Assembly (NCBI GenBank): GCA_017623235.1
Contig: JAGAPN010000033.1
Coordinates: 13,725-77,724 of the forward strand
Direction of reading: 5' to 3'
DNA length: 64,000 bases
Origin: Clostridia bacterium
Lineage (GTDB): Bacteria > Bacillota > Clostridia > Oscillospirales > Acutalibacteraceae
A program made the translations under genes and the position numbers. Positions 9,676 to 21,000 of the stretch are shown here, piece by piece (position 1 is the first letter of the stretch; each line of letters starts with the position of its first letter). The notes below the pieces were generated by a model. It did no database searches, was not told the origin of the DNA, and was given only the letters and a program-made list of their open reading frames with translations.

Positions 9676-11796
9676 GTGAAAATACTAAAAAGAACAGTTG
9701 TAATATTGCTTGCGGCGCTGTTGATAGCAAGCTCGGCGCTCACAGCAGGTGCCCGTAGTTTTACCCACATCAGCGAAGCCGACGGCACCACCTCAAACAC
9801 CTATTCCAGAGAAGCCTATAAGGTAGTAACCAAGCTGCAGGCCTCCGATTTCGGGCTGGATTACAGCTTTGAAGGACTCAGCGACGTATACCGTGCGCAA
9901 AACGGCGAGATATATCTGCTCAGCACCGAGGATTCTATGATAACCGTCCTCAACTCCGATTACACCCTTAACCGCTCGGTCACCGTTACCGATGAAAATG
10001 GTGAGAAAATAGAGTTTAAGGACGCCAGGGGAGTATCGGTTATATATGATAACATCTATCTTTGTGATACCGTAAACGCCCGCATCCTCGTTCTGGATAT
10101 GCAGGGAAAGCTTTTAAGAGTATGGGGCGCACCTCAATCCAGCCTCATACCCGAGGGCTTTGTTTATCAGCCCACAAGGGTTGAAAAGGATGCCGACGGT
10201 TATTTCTACGTGCTTTCCTTCGGTTGCTATTACGGTGCGCTTACCTTCTCACCGGAGGGTGAGTTTATCGGCTTTTATGGCTCTAACCGAGTAAAGGCCA
10301 CCGCCCTCGACACCTTATCATATATATGGGACGTCATTACCTCCAACGATGAGAAGAAATCAATGCAGGTAAAGGTACTGCCTTACTCCTTTGTAGATTT
10401 CTGTTTTGATAAAGAGGGATATATGGTTACCTGCACCGGCGCCACCACCTCAGGCTCCAACAACGGCACCGGCCAGCTGGCTAAAATCAGCCCCGGCGGC
10501 GCCGTAATCCTCTTCCAGCGTACCAAGGACGGAAAGTTCGTTACCTCAAACTCGGTAAACTTCCTTGAACGCAGGGCAGTAATCCGCTTTAACAAATGGC
10601 GTGTTCAAAACCTCTCGGCGGTAGACGTTGACGATAATGGCTATATGTATATCCTTGATAATACCTACGGCCTTGTCTACGTTTACGATGAAGAGTGTAA
10701 TATCATTACCGCCTTCGGCGGCGGTATAGGCGGCGGCGAACAGCACGGCCTTTTCACCTCGGCCACCTCCCTGGCCCTGAACGGTGACCACATTATGGTG
10801 TCCGATGGTAAAAGCGGCTCCCTCACCGTATTCGCTCCCACAGATTTCGGTAATCTTATAAAGCAGGCCCAGTCCCTTTATATCGCAGGCGACTACGACG
10901 TTGCCAAGCCCCTCTTCCAGCAGGTTTTATCATCCGACCGTGGTAACCAGCTGGCCTATAAGGGCCTTGCAATGGCCGCCTATAACGAGGGAGATATAAA
11001 GCTTGCCTTAGAGTATGCAAAAACAGGTCTTGACTATAACGTATACGACCTGGCCTATCAGCAGCTCTTTAAAAACTTTATTTCCGATAACTTTGTGTGG
11101 TTCTTTATTGCCGCAATTCTTATTATTGCAGGGGGCATATTCCTGGCAATTAAGCTTAGCCGTCGTAAGACTCCCCTTATAAAGAACGTGAAGCTTAAAA
11201 CCGCCCTTAATACGGTGGCCCATCCCTTCAGAGCCTTCGATGATATAAAGCAGAAGGGCCAGGGCTCCTGGATAATAGCCATAGTTATCACCCTGCTGTT
11301 TTATATAGGAAAGGTGCTTGAATCTACGGCGGCAGGCTTCCTTTATACAAACGTTTCCCAGCGCAACTACAACACCCTTATCACCCTGGCACAAACTATA
11401 GGCCTTGTAGTTCTCTGGTCGGTAACCAACTGGCTGGTTTGCACCCTCTTTGAGGGCAAGGGCCGTTTCGGTGAGGTTTATATCTCCACCTCCTACGCCC
11501 TTATTCCTATGGTGCTGTTCAGCTTTATAAAGGTAATTGCCTCCCATTTCCTGCCCCTTTCGGGTATTGGTTTCTTGGAGGCGGTAGGGGTATTCATTCT
11601 TATATATACCTTCTACCTGCTCAGCGTGGCTATGATGACCGTCCACGAATTTACCTTTACAAAATTCCTTCTTACATCTGCAGTCACCGTGTTCGGTATG
11701 CTGCTGGTGGTCTTCATAGGATTTATGATAATCGTACTGCTTCAGCAGTTCTGGAACTTTATTTACGCAATTTATATGGAAGTAGCATTCAGATAA
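9676..11796 (+). CDS. Secreted NHL-repeat beta-propeller plus TPR-like region, fused to a C-terminal Yip1-type multi-pass membrane domain
   Basis: Signal peptide. NHL-like blades (YLCDTVNARILVLDMQGKLL, YMYILDNTYGLVYVYDEE, HIMVSDGKSGSLTVF). TPR-like AQSLYIAGDYDVAKPLFQQVL...AYNEGDIKLALEYAKTGL. About 5 TM helices in the last ~230 aa. The domain names are inferred. Confidence 0.55.
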   Translation: MKILKRTVVILLAALLIASSALTAGARSFTHISEADGTTSNTYSREAYKVVTKLQASDFGLDYSFEGLSDVYRAQNGEIYLLSTEDSMITVLNSDYTLNRSVTVTDENGEKIEFKDARGVSVIYDNIYLCDTVNARILVLDMQGKLLRVWGAPQSSLIPEGFVYQPTRVEKDADGYFYVLSFGCYYGALTFSPEGEFIGFYGSNRVKATALDTLSYIWDVITSNDEKKSMQVKVLPYSFVDFCFDKEGYMVTCTGATTSGSNNGTGQLAKISPGGAVILFQRTKDGKFVTSNSVNFLERRAVIRFNKWRVQNLSAVDVDDNGYMYILDNTYGLVYVYDEECNIITAFGGGIGGGEQHGLFTSATSLALNGDHIMVSDGKSGSLTVFAPTDFGNLIKQAQSLYIAGDYDVAKPLFQQVLSSDRGNQLAYKGLAMAAYNEGDIKLALEYAKTGLDYNVYDLAYQQLFKNFISDNFVWFFIAAILIIAGGIFLAIKLSRRKTPLIKNVKLKTALNTVAHPFRAFDDIKQKGQGSWIIAIVITLLFYIGKVLESTAAGFLYTNVSQRNYNTLITLAQTIGLVVLWSVTNWLVCTLFEGKGRFGEVYISTSYALIPMVLFSFIKVIASHFLPLSGIGFLEAVGVFILIYTFYLLSVAMMTVHEFTFTKFLLTSAVTVFGMLLVVFIGFMIIVLLQQFWNFIYAIYMEVAFR

Positions 11797-11811
11797 AGGA
11801 GGTGACCGATT

Positions 11812-14010
11812 ATGCTGCGAAAAACAGCAGCCCTGTTGCTATCCATCCTGCTCCTGCTCAGCTTTGCAGGTTGCGGTGAGGATAAGGTAACGGTTCAGTA
11901 TGACAAAGAGGCGACGGTTGAGAAGCTGTCAGCATCCACTATATGCTCAAATGAAAATTATGAGCTTATCTGGGATGATTCGGTCGCCAACGTTATGCTG
12001 AAAAGCCTTAAAAACGGCAAAATATGGTCCACCGTGCCCTACGGGTATGACGGTACCAGCTCGGCCGTTCGCTCAACCATAAATATTTCTATTATGGATA
12101 CCGCAAGTATGAAATGGGACTCGGTAAGAGGCTATAACGAGGCCCTGGGAAGCGGTAGAGTGGCCAGCGAGAAAATAGAAAACGGCTTAAAGGTTACCTA
12201 TTATTTCGATAACTATCAGATAGCCGTTCCCGTTGAGTACACGCTTAGAAAGGATTCTCTGGCGGTAAGCGTTAAGACCTCGGAGATTATCGAGGGCGGA
12301 AACTACGTGGCCGCCGCCGTATCCCTTTCTCCCTATCTCTGCTCCTCTGAAAATAAGGATGCAGGTGCATATCTTTTCGTTCCCACAGGCTCGGGCGCAG
12401 TTATGAGCGTTGCCTCAAACGCAGACCCCACCCGTAAATATTCGGGTACCGTCTACGGACTTGACGCTTCAAAAATTCAGCCCGAAATTACCATTGACCC
12501 CGAGCAGATTTATCTTCCCGTTTTCGGCGTTGCAAAATCTGACGGTAACGCCCTGCTGGGAATTATCGAGTCGGGCAGCGAGCTTGCAGGCATAGATGCC
12601 GAGGCAGGCAACACCCGAACCGACCACTCCTGTGTTTACCCCACCTTCACCCTCCGTGGCTCGGATTCCTTCCCCACAACCCAGTGGATCTGGAGTTACC
12701 AGGATTTAAGCTACGTGTCTGAGGAAAGGGTAGACGAAACCATCACCGTAGGCTATTACCCCCTCTATGATGAGGAGGCCGACTATAACGGTATGGCAAA
12801 AAGATACCGCAAGTATCTTACCGATGAAGGTAAGCTTTATACTAATGACAAGGACAGCGCCCTATACGCCTTAAGTGTTTTGGGCGGCGCACAGAAAAAG
12901 GTTGCCACAGGCGGCATACCTCATAAGATTACCTCGGTGCTTACCACCTTCGGTGAAGCCCAAAGCCTGGTAGAAAGGGTTTCGGCTCTTACAGGCTCCG
13001 CCCCCATGGTTCAGCTTATCGGCTACGGCAACAACGGCCTCGACGTAGGCAAGATTGCAGGAGGCTATAAGTTTATTTCCAAGTTTGGCGGCGAAAAACA
13101 GCGCAAGGCGCTGGAGGCCTACTGTAAGGATAAGGGCATTTCCCTTTATACCGACTTTGACCTTATAAGGTTTAAAGGCTCGGGCGGCGGATTCTCATAT
13201 CTTAGTGATGCCGCTAAAAGCGCCACCCTCCACGTGGCAGAGGGACACCTGATAAATACCCCCTTAAGGGATTACGATACCGAATCTACCTATCGTTTCC
13301 TTAAAAAGGCCCAAATAGAAAAGGCGGTAACCAAGCTTATCACCTTCGCCGATAAAAAGGGAATATCGGGCGTCAGCCTTAACTCTATGGGCAATATAGC
13401 CTATTCCGACTTTACCGATATTAAATACGGTGTTAAGGGCTCCACCGCCGCAGATACTTTGGCCTATATAAATGCCCTTCGTGATGCAGGACATCCCGTG
13501 GCGGTAACCTCGGCAAACGATTATGCCGCCCTTGGGGCCGACGCTATCTACGGCGCACCCCTTACCAACGGCAATTATGACGTGTTTGACGGCTTCGTGC
13601 CCTTCTATCAAATGGTATTCTCCGGTACAAAGCCCCTCTATTCTACCTATATAAATCTTGCCGAAGACGAGCAGGGCGCCCTGCTTAAGGCAGTAGCCAC
13701 AGGTACACGCCCCGCCTTTGCGGTGGCCGCAAACTACGATATTGACCTGTCGGTAAGCAGTACCTTCCCTCTCTACGGCACCCTTTATGAGGACAACGAA
13801 AAGCTTATAGAAGCCGCCGTTAAGGACTACGCCGATTTCTATAAAGCAATAGAAGGCGCCGCAATAGAGAGCTTTGAAACCCTGCCCTCCGGCGTTACCG
13901 TTACCGAGTTTGAGGGCGGAATTACAGTATACGTAAACCACGGCGATACCGCTGCCGACTCTCCTGTAGGTGAGCTGGCCGCCCGTACCGCCGCCTGGCA
14001 GAAAAATTAG
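11812..14010 (+). CDS. Lipoprotein of unassigned family, probably a glycan-active TIM-barrel-like protein. Extracellular paralog of the CDS at 33570..35276.
   Basis: Lipobox LLSFAGCGEDK. Shares blocks with the 568-aa protein: FGVAKSDGNALLGIIESG vs YGMKKAEGGIFGIITGC; YNGMAKRYRKYL vs YNEMAAVYRKNQL; VQLIGYGNNGLD...FGGEKQRKAL vs CLVGWNRMGHDG...LGGEEKLRRL. It may match a DUF-type family often seen next to Yip1/ABC genes. Unverified. Confidence 0.5.
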   Translation: MLRKTAALLLSILLLLSFAGCGEDKVTVQYDKEATVEKLSASTICSNENYELIWDDSVANVMLKSLKNGKIWSTVPYGYDGTSSAVRSTINISIMDTASMKWDSVRGYNEALGSGRVASEKIENGLKVTYYFDNYQIAVPVEYTLRKDSLAVSVKTSEIIEGGNYVAAAVSLSPYLCSSENKDAGAYLFVPTGSGAVMSVASNADPTRKYSGTVYGLDASKIQPEITIDPEQIYLPVFGVAKSDGNALLGIIESGSELAGIDAEAGNTRTDHSCVYPTFTLRGSDSFPTTQWIWSYQDLSYVSEERVDETITVGYYPLYDEEADYNGMAKRYRKYLTDEGKLYTNDKDSALYALSVLGGAQKKVATGGIPHKITSVLTTFGEAQSLVERVSALTGSAPMVQLIGYGNNGLDVGKIAGGYKFISKFGGEKQRKALEAYCKDKGISLYTDFDLIRFKGSGGGFSYLSDAAKSATLHVAEGHLINTPLRDYDTESTYRFLKKAQIEKAVTKLITFADKKGISGVSLNSMGNIAYSDFTDIKYGVKGSTAADTLAYINALRDAGHPVAVTSANDYAALGADAIYGAPLTNGNYDVFDGFVPFYQMVFSGTKPLYSTYINLAEDEQGALLKAVATGTRPAFAVAANYDIDLSVSSTFPLYGTLYEDNEKLIEAAVKDYADFYKAIEGAAIESFETLPSGVTVTEFEGGITVYVNHGDTAADSPVGELAARTAAWQKN

Positions 14011-14026
14011 GGGAGGGGAGAGCTAA

Positions 14027-14938
14027 ATGAAACTTGCAAAACGCAAAAAGCGCGGGCTTGAGGCAATGCAGCAGCGCTACGGCTATATGTTTGTAGGCCA
14101 TTGGGTTTTCGGCCTTATCGTATTCTTCCTGGTACCCCTTATCAGCTCGATATGGTATTCCTTCAGTGATATTACCATCAGCTCCTCCGGCGTACTTACC
14201 GACTTTGTCTGGATAAAAAACTTTGACCAGATAATATCGGAAGACCCTAACTATTTAAACAATCTTCGTGATGCCCTGGGCTCTATCTTCTATTCCCTTC
14301 CTATTATAGTATCCCTGAGTCTTATACTTGCGGTAATACTTAATCAGGAATTTCTGGGCAGAACGGTAGCCCGTGCCATCTTCTTCCTGCCGGTTATCAT
14401 TGCCTCCAGCGTGGTAATGGTACATATGGCAGGCCCCCACGTTAACGCTCCGCTGTTTACCGTATCCAGCGGTGATACCGACACCTACGGAAGCCTTATA
14501 GATTTTAACGCAATCCTGGCCGATTTAGAGCTTCCAAATCAGATAAACGATATGCTGTCGGACCTTTTGGGCAACGTTTTCGGCCTTATCTGGAGCTGCG
14601 GTGTCCAGACAATTCTCTTCCTGGCAGGCCTTCAGAGTATACAGAAATCTCTTTATGAGGTATCTAAAATTGAGGGCGCCAACAAGTGGGAGGAATTTTG
14701 GTTTATTACGGTACCAATGCTCCGCCACGTAATGACTCTGGTAATCATTTACACAATGATTGAGCTGTTTACCGCTGTAGACAGTCCCGTAATGAGTCAG
14801 GCCTACACCCTTATGCAGGAAAAGCAGATTTACGATAAATCTTCTGCGATGCTCTGGCTGTACTTCCTTATAGTATGCGCAGTTATGGGCCTTGTGCTTT
14901 TCCTTTACAACCGTTTCTGCCTAAAGAAATGGGAATAA
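14027..14938 (+). CDS. Carbohydrate ABC transporter permease (MalF-like)
   Basis: Multi-TM protein. EAA-like SLYEVSKIEGANKWEEFWFITVPMLR. GGGGAGGGGAG RBS. Confidence 0.8.
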   Translation: MKLAKRKKRGLEAMQQRYGYMFVGHWVFGLIVFFLVPLISSIWYSFSDITISSSGVLTDFVWIKNFDQIISEDPNYLNNLRDALGSIFYSLPIIVSLSLILAVILNQEFLGRTVARAIFFLPVIIASSVVMVHMAGPHVNAPLFTVSSGDTDTYGSLIDFNAILADLELPNQINDMLSDLLGNVFGLIWSCGVQTILFLAGLQSIQKSLYEVSKIEGANKWEEFWFITVPMLRHVMTLVIIYTMIELFTAVDSPVMSQAYTLMQEKQIYDKSSAMLWLYFLIVCAVMGLVLFLYNRFCLKKWE

Positions 14939-15008
14939 AATCGGCGTTGCCGCACGCTAATAACGCGGTAAAACAGATGTGGTAATCACACAAGAAAGGA
15001 ATGGTTTT

Positions 15009-18000
15009 ATGCAAAAAATAATTTCCCGCTTGCACCTTTCCGCCCGCAAGGGTCTGTCCCTGTTACTTGCAGTACTGGTCTGCTTCTCCACCCTGGCAGG
15101 AGCCCTCGTTTTCGAGAACTCCATTAACGTCAAGGCAGAGGACAGCGAAACTGCAGTAAACGCTGCGCCTAATACCAAGGTGTTCAGCACCACCAATTTC
15201 ACCCAGGCTGATTTTAATGCCAATTTCACTAAGTGGAAGAATGATGGTGCAGTAGTAAATTCCAACGGAACTATTACGCTGACGGCAAATTGTTCAAACA
15301 CCCGTGATTATGCCTATATGCATAACACAAAGTCGTTAAACCAGTCGGCTCGTCTTACCGTTGGGATGAATGCCACCCAAGCAGGTTCGCTTGTTCTTTG
15401 GCTTCGTGCTAACCCCTTTACCCGTAGTAATAATGAGGTTGCACCTATCGGTTATTACGTTCAGGTGAACTTTAACGGTCTGGGCGGAATTTCAAAAACA
15501 GTTGTAAATAAGGCTTATACCAGTGCCACTACCAACTACGGCATATCGGCCATCGGTGAGCAGGCAACCTATATTGACAGTAAGTCAGGCAGCGAATATA
15601 AGGATATAACTGTTGAAGCCACCATTACCTATGATACTACAGCCGAAACCAATGTTATCAATGTTAAGATGTATAAAGGCACAACCCTTATGCATTCATA
15701 TTCTGTAGAAGATAATGATCCGGCTCTTATGGCTGCAGGTACACCGGGCTTTGCCCTTAACAGTAACGGCAGCCAAAGGTCGGTTACCATTAAAGGTTTT
15801 GCTTATCATACCACCGATGCAAACGTTAATAAAACCGTTATTTCCAAAAATAGCTTTGTAACGTCCGACCTTACAAACGATTTTACCTACATAACAAACA
15901 ACACCAATATTTCTGTTGCTGACGGTGTATTAGTTGCCAATGGTGTAGGTAAAAGTAATGTACGAGATGCCTCTATCTTCACTAAGAGTGAGTATTTAAA
16001 CGGTACCGTTAAATCTGCCGCAATTACGCCTCACATTTTATCAGGCGGCACCGTTACTACCCGTTATAAGCAGGCCAGCGTTATCTGGCTCAGAGCATCT
16101 TCCTTTACCCGCCCCAATAATGAAATAGTTCCTATTGGATATTTTGTTCAGGTGTATTTTAATGAAAACACCAACTTTGCAGAGGTTAAGCTTATGAAGC
16201 AGGGCCTCAATGCGGAAGGAACAAACATTGTAGGCGCCACAGCAATAGGAGATGTTAGCGTTAATAAGGATATGCTTGCCAGCAACGGTTCTAAATTCTG
16301 GGATGTTGGTATTGAGGCCGATATAGCTACAGAAAATGGTGAAACTTCTATTACGGTTAGGGTTTATAAGTCTACTAACCTGCTGGGCACCATTACCGCT
16401 ACCGACGATGAAGCCGTTCTTCAGAAACAAGGTAAGGCAGGCTTTGCAGGTCAGAACGCTACCGCCGCCAGCAAGTTCAGCTATCTTACCGTAACCTCGG
16501 CTGAAAAGGTAGCAGGCGCCTATGTTCTTGAAGACTCGGCTAAGGTTGGCGCAATGTTCGGTCAAGCTCTCCTTCTTGAAAAGGATGCTACATATCAGTT
16601 CTCTGTAATGGCTGACGGCAACTTTGATACCGAGCCTCTGGCAGTTATTTACCAGACTGCAAGCGGTAACAATAGGGTTGAGTTTGGCCCCTCTAAAACA
16701 GGAGTTGTAGCCGATACCACCTATAAAAAGTATACCTATACCTTTACAATGCCCAGCGATGCTAAGGAACTTAACAGCTACCGTGTATATGCCTTTGTGG
16801 GCTCCTATATGAACGATGCCACCAAGAACGGCATTAAGTTTACTAATTTCGAGCTTCGCAAGGTTGAGGGCACCAGTGTCGGCGGTAACCTTATTGTCAA
16901 CGGTGACTTTAAGTACGGCGGATATGCTTGGAGCGACAATATATTTGACCAGGCTAATATTTGGAATCTTGCCACTTCTGATTATGACGCCCATACCTTT
17001 GTAAAAGGTAGATATAAGTATTATAAGGACACAAATTCTGATAATTTCTGGAATATGTTTATGTATGATACCGCACCTCCTGTAATCCTTCCCGACCTTG
17101 ATAACACCTATTATAAATTAAACGTTGAGAAGAAGCTTAACGTTACCTTTACAGGCGGTTCTGAAACCACAGGTCACGGCGCCTCCGACCCCGAGACCAC
17201 ATCCTGGCGCGGACTTATTACCCAGTGGCTTAAGGATACCTATCCCCAGGCTACCATCAGCGCAGAAAACGCTGCTATCGGCTCCACCGGTACCCAGCTT
17301 ACCCTTTATAACTACGATAAGATAGGACACGCTACCGACCTTCTGCTCTTAGGTGTTTCCTCTAATGACTGGTCACTTTACGGTCAGGCTCAGAACGGTA
17401 GTGAGAACCCCGATAAGGACAGCATCTACGATTTTGCTCTCCGCCACGGTGAGTCCCTTATCCGTTACGCTATTACCAAGAACCCCAACGTAGATATCGC
17501 TCTGGTATACTTCTTCGATTTCTGGAGAATTGAAGACCAGACCTACTTAAAGGCATATTCCGAGCTGGCAGAGAAGTATAATCTCCCCGTTATTGATATG
17601 CGTGTTCCCCTTAAGGCCCACGTTCTGGCCGACGGTGGCACCTGGTCGGCTGATGGCCTTAAGCTGTACAGCGAGGCTTACAACAGCACCAAGGCTGTCT
17701 ATATGGATACCGTTCATCCTAACGATGCAGGCTATGCTCTCTTTGCAAACTATGCAAAGACCCAGCTTCAGGGCTGGCTTAACCCCGCAACCGCACCCAC
17801 AGCCCTTAAGAACCATACTTTACCCAATGATACCCTTGCAACCAAGCTGGTAACCACCCCCAAGCTGGCTACTGCCAATAACATAGCCACCGCCGAGGGC
17901 TGGTCACTTGAAAACGTTGGCTTCTCCACCATCGGCTCCACCAAGTTCAGCGGCAGCTACGGCCCCTCTACAGGCCGTCTGGTAAGCACCACCGTTGGCG

Positions 18001-21000
18001 CAACCCTGTCCTACACCTTTACAGGTACCGACTTTGGTATGTTCCTCCAGACAGGACCCAGCTACGGTAAGCTTTACGTTGAAATAGACGGCGTTCCCTA
18101 TAAGCAGGGCGCAAACGCCGCAGGTGACGGTATAATCGACCTTAAGCGTGGCGGCGACAGCCACCTTACCAAGGTTGTTATGTACAAGGCTGAAAATAAG
18201 GAGCATAAGATTACCATTAAGCTACAGGAAGGCAAGGCCATTATCGGCGCATTCTTCCTGAATGCAGAAGACCTTCCCGCTGCAGGCGGCGGTACCCTTA
18301 ATTTCACCCGTCCTACCGTAAACGAGGTTTCCTCTAACCTTAACTATCAGTTAAAGCCCAACTATTCTGACCTTGCTTCTAACAATAAGTGGCAGGCCTC
18401 CAATAAGATTACCGTGGGCGCCGATAAGCTCACCCTTAAGGCCTACGGCAACACCTATGAGAATATCTCCCTCTACGGCGAGGCTCATACCGACCAGGTA
18501 GTTTCCCTTGATTTCAAGCATGAGTCCACAGCCATTACGCCTATCGTCTGGGCAAGAGCCCTCCAGGGTACTGCAGGCGCAGGCGCTACCACATCGGGCT
18601 ACTATGCAGCCTTCTGTGGCTACGGTACAGGCGGCATCGCTCTCTATAAGAGGGTAGACGGCGTTGATACTCTCATCGGCGCAATGGGCGCTCATACCGA
18701 TTCCCGTACCTTCCGTGTGGAAATTGCTGTAGAGGGCACCAACCCCACCAAGATTACCGTTTCTACCTATAAGTTAGCCTCCGGTCTTACCGAGGGTGAC
18801 TGGAATATGATGACCACCCGCACGGTATATGATAATACTACCGAGCTGCAGAATGCAGGTTATGCAGGCTTCAGCGTAAAGGATAGCGCTACCACCGATA
18901 ACAAGGATACCGCTACCGTTTACCGCTTTAACTATGCATCTACCGACGGCACAGCCGACAGCCTCACCTATATTGAGAAGCCCGCTACCGTTAACAAGAA
19001 CGTTCTTGCAGGTCAGAAGGTTATCCTTGACCCCGCCAAGACCTACACCCTCTCTGCCAGAGTGAGCGAGGACAATGCCCGCTTTGCTATGAGATACCAG
19101 GCTTCCAGCGGTCTTATCAACGTTTCCGACTGTGTTGGTGAGATTTCCGTAGTAGACGGTTACCGCACCGTATCCTACACCTTCTGTCTTAACGATTGGG
19201 CAGAGGAAAACAACCAGGCTCTGCCTGCCAAGCCCTGGGATTACGGCAACTTTGCCGAGGTACTTATCGGCTTTATTCCCTCCAGCGGTAACACCTTTAG
19301 ATACAGCAACCTTACCCTTACCGAGGCTGGCTCTACCAATAACCTTATTGCTAATGACCAGTATAAGATGGGTACCCTTATCTGGGCAGACTCCATCACA
19401 GGAAAATGGGCATTCAAGACCACCGAGTTCGGCGCTACAGATACCTTCTATAAGTATCTTACTGTTAAGACAGGTGTTTCCCAGACCGATTATGACGCTA
19501 TATTCAAGTCTGCAGGCGAGCAGGCCGATATTGATTACTCCAAGATTGATAAGCTTATGCTTCACCTCACAGGCAAATCCAGCGAGAAGTTCGGTAAGTT
19601 CGGTCAGATGTTTGACCTCAAGCCCGGTGATACCTTCGTTTACTCTGTAGACTTCGGTTATGTTGCAAGAAATTCTGCAGAGCCTATAGCCTTCTACCAC
19701 CTTGAGAAGGACATCACCGCCAGCGATAAGACCAGAAAGACCATTACCTGGCTTACCAAGCGTGAAGGCTCCAAGATGACCTATACCTTCACCATTCCCG
19801 AAGGCGCCTACGTTGATGAAACTACAGGTCTTGCAAAAATCTTCGTCGGACTTACCACAGGTGACTTAGGCGCAGATTGCTACTTTGCAAACTTCAATCT
19901 CTACAACACCGCCGATAAGGCAAAGACCAACCTCTTTGAGAACGCCGACTTTAAGGACGGCGGCTTTAAGAGCTGGATAATCAACTACAACTACTATCTT
20001 ACCTCTAACAACAAGGCCCTTGAGCAGGACCGTGTTGCCGCAGAGCAGTGGATTCGTCCCGGTAAGGACTTCGAGCTGCTGGCCTACGATGCTTCCAAGC
20101 TCTCTCAGGACGACGGCACCTTAAAGCTGCCCGACGTTCCCGATGGCGTTGATTACAGCACCTATAAGGGCAAGTTTATGCTTCACATCCCCGAGACAGT
20201 AACCTCTACCTACGGTAAGATAGGTCAGGTAGTAAATCTTAAGAAGAATACTACCTACAACTTCACAATGCTGTACAAGTATCTCCGTCAGAACACCGTA
20301 CAGCCCACCGTTCTTTACTTCCTTGACGACCCCTATGCATCCGACCAGTACATTAAGGATAAGGGCTTCGTTACCGCCACAGGTAATGCCGACCGAACCA
20401 AGTACATTACCGAGATTCGTAAGGTTGCCTCCTTCGACCTGGTATATGATACCGACAACTGTATGGCTAACGTAACCTTCAAGGTTCCCTCTAACGCTCA
20501 CTTCTATGCCGACGGCACCTCTCCCGTATTCGTGGCTATCTCCTCCGGTGAGTACGAGCCTATCGTATACTATGCGGACATCTGCCTGGCAGAAGAGGGA
20601 AGCGATAAGAACCTGCTTACCAATGCAGACTTCAAGGACGGCTTCTACAAGTGGATTGTAACCTTCGGTTACGGACTCGACCCCGTTGCTGAAAAGGGCA
20701 TATTCTGGACCAACGGCTTCACTATTGCCCAGCTCCTGCCCTTCGATGAAAGCATCTTCGTAAACGATACTAACGACCGTCTCTGGAATGACGGCGACTG
20801 GGCAGCTGCCTTCGGTGCTGACGATAAGGCTAATTCCGATAAGGATGACGACAATGCCGTTTCTGCCGATAAGGAAAAGGTTATCATCCCCGGTAAGCTC
20901 AACGTTGGTGCTACAGTAGCTCTCTTCGGTGGTATTGCCCTGGCAGTTGCCGCCGGCGCAGTGGTACTTGTTATCCTGCTTAAAAAGAAAAAGAACGCGC

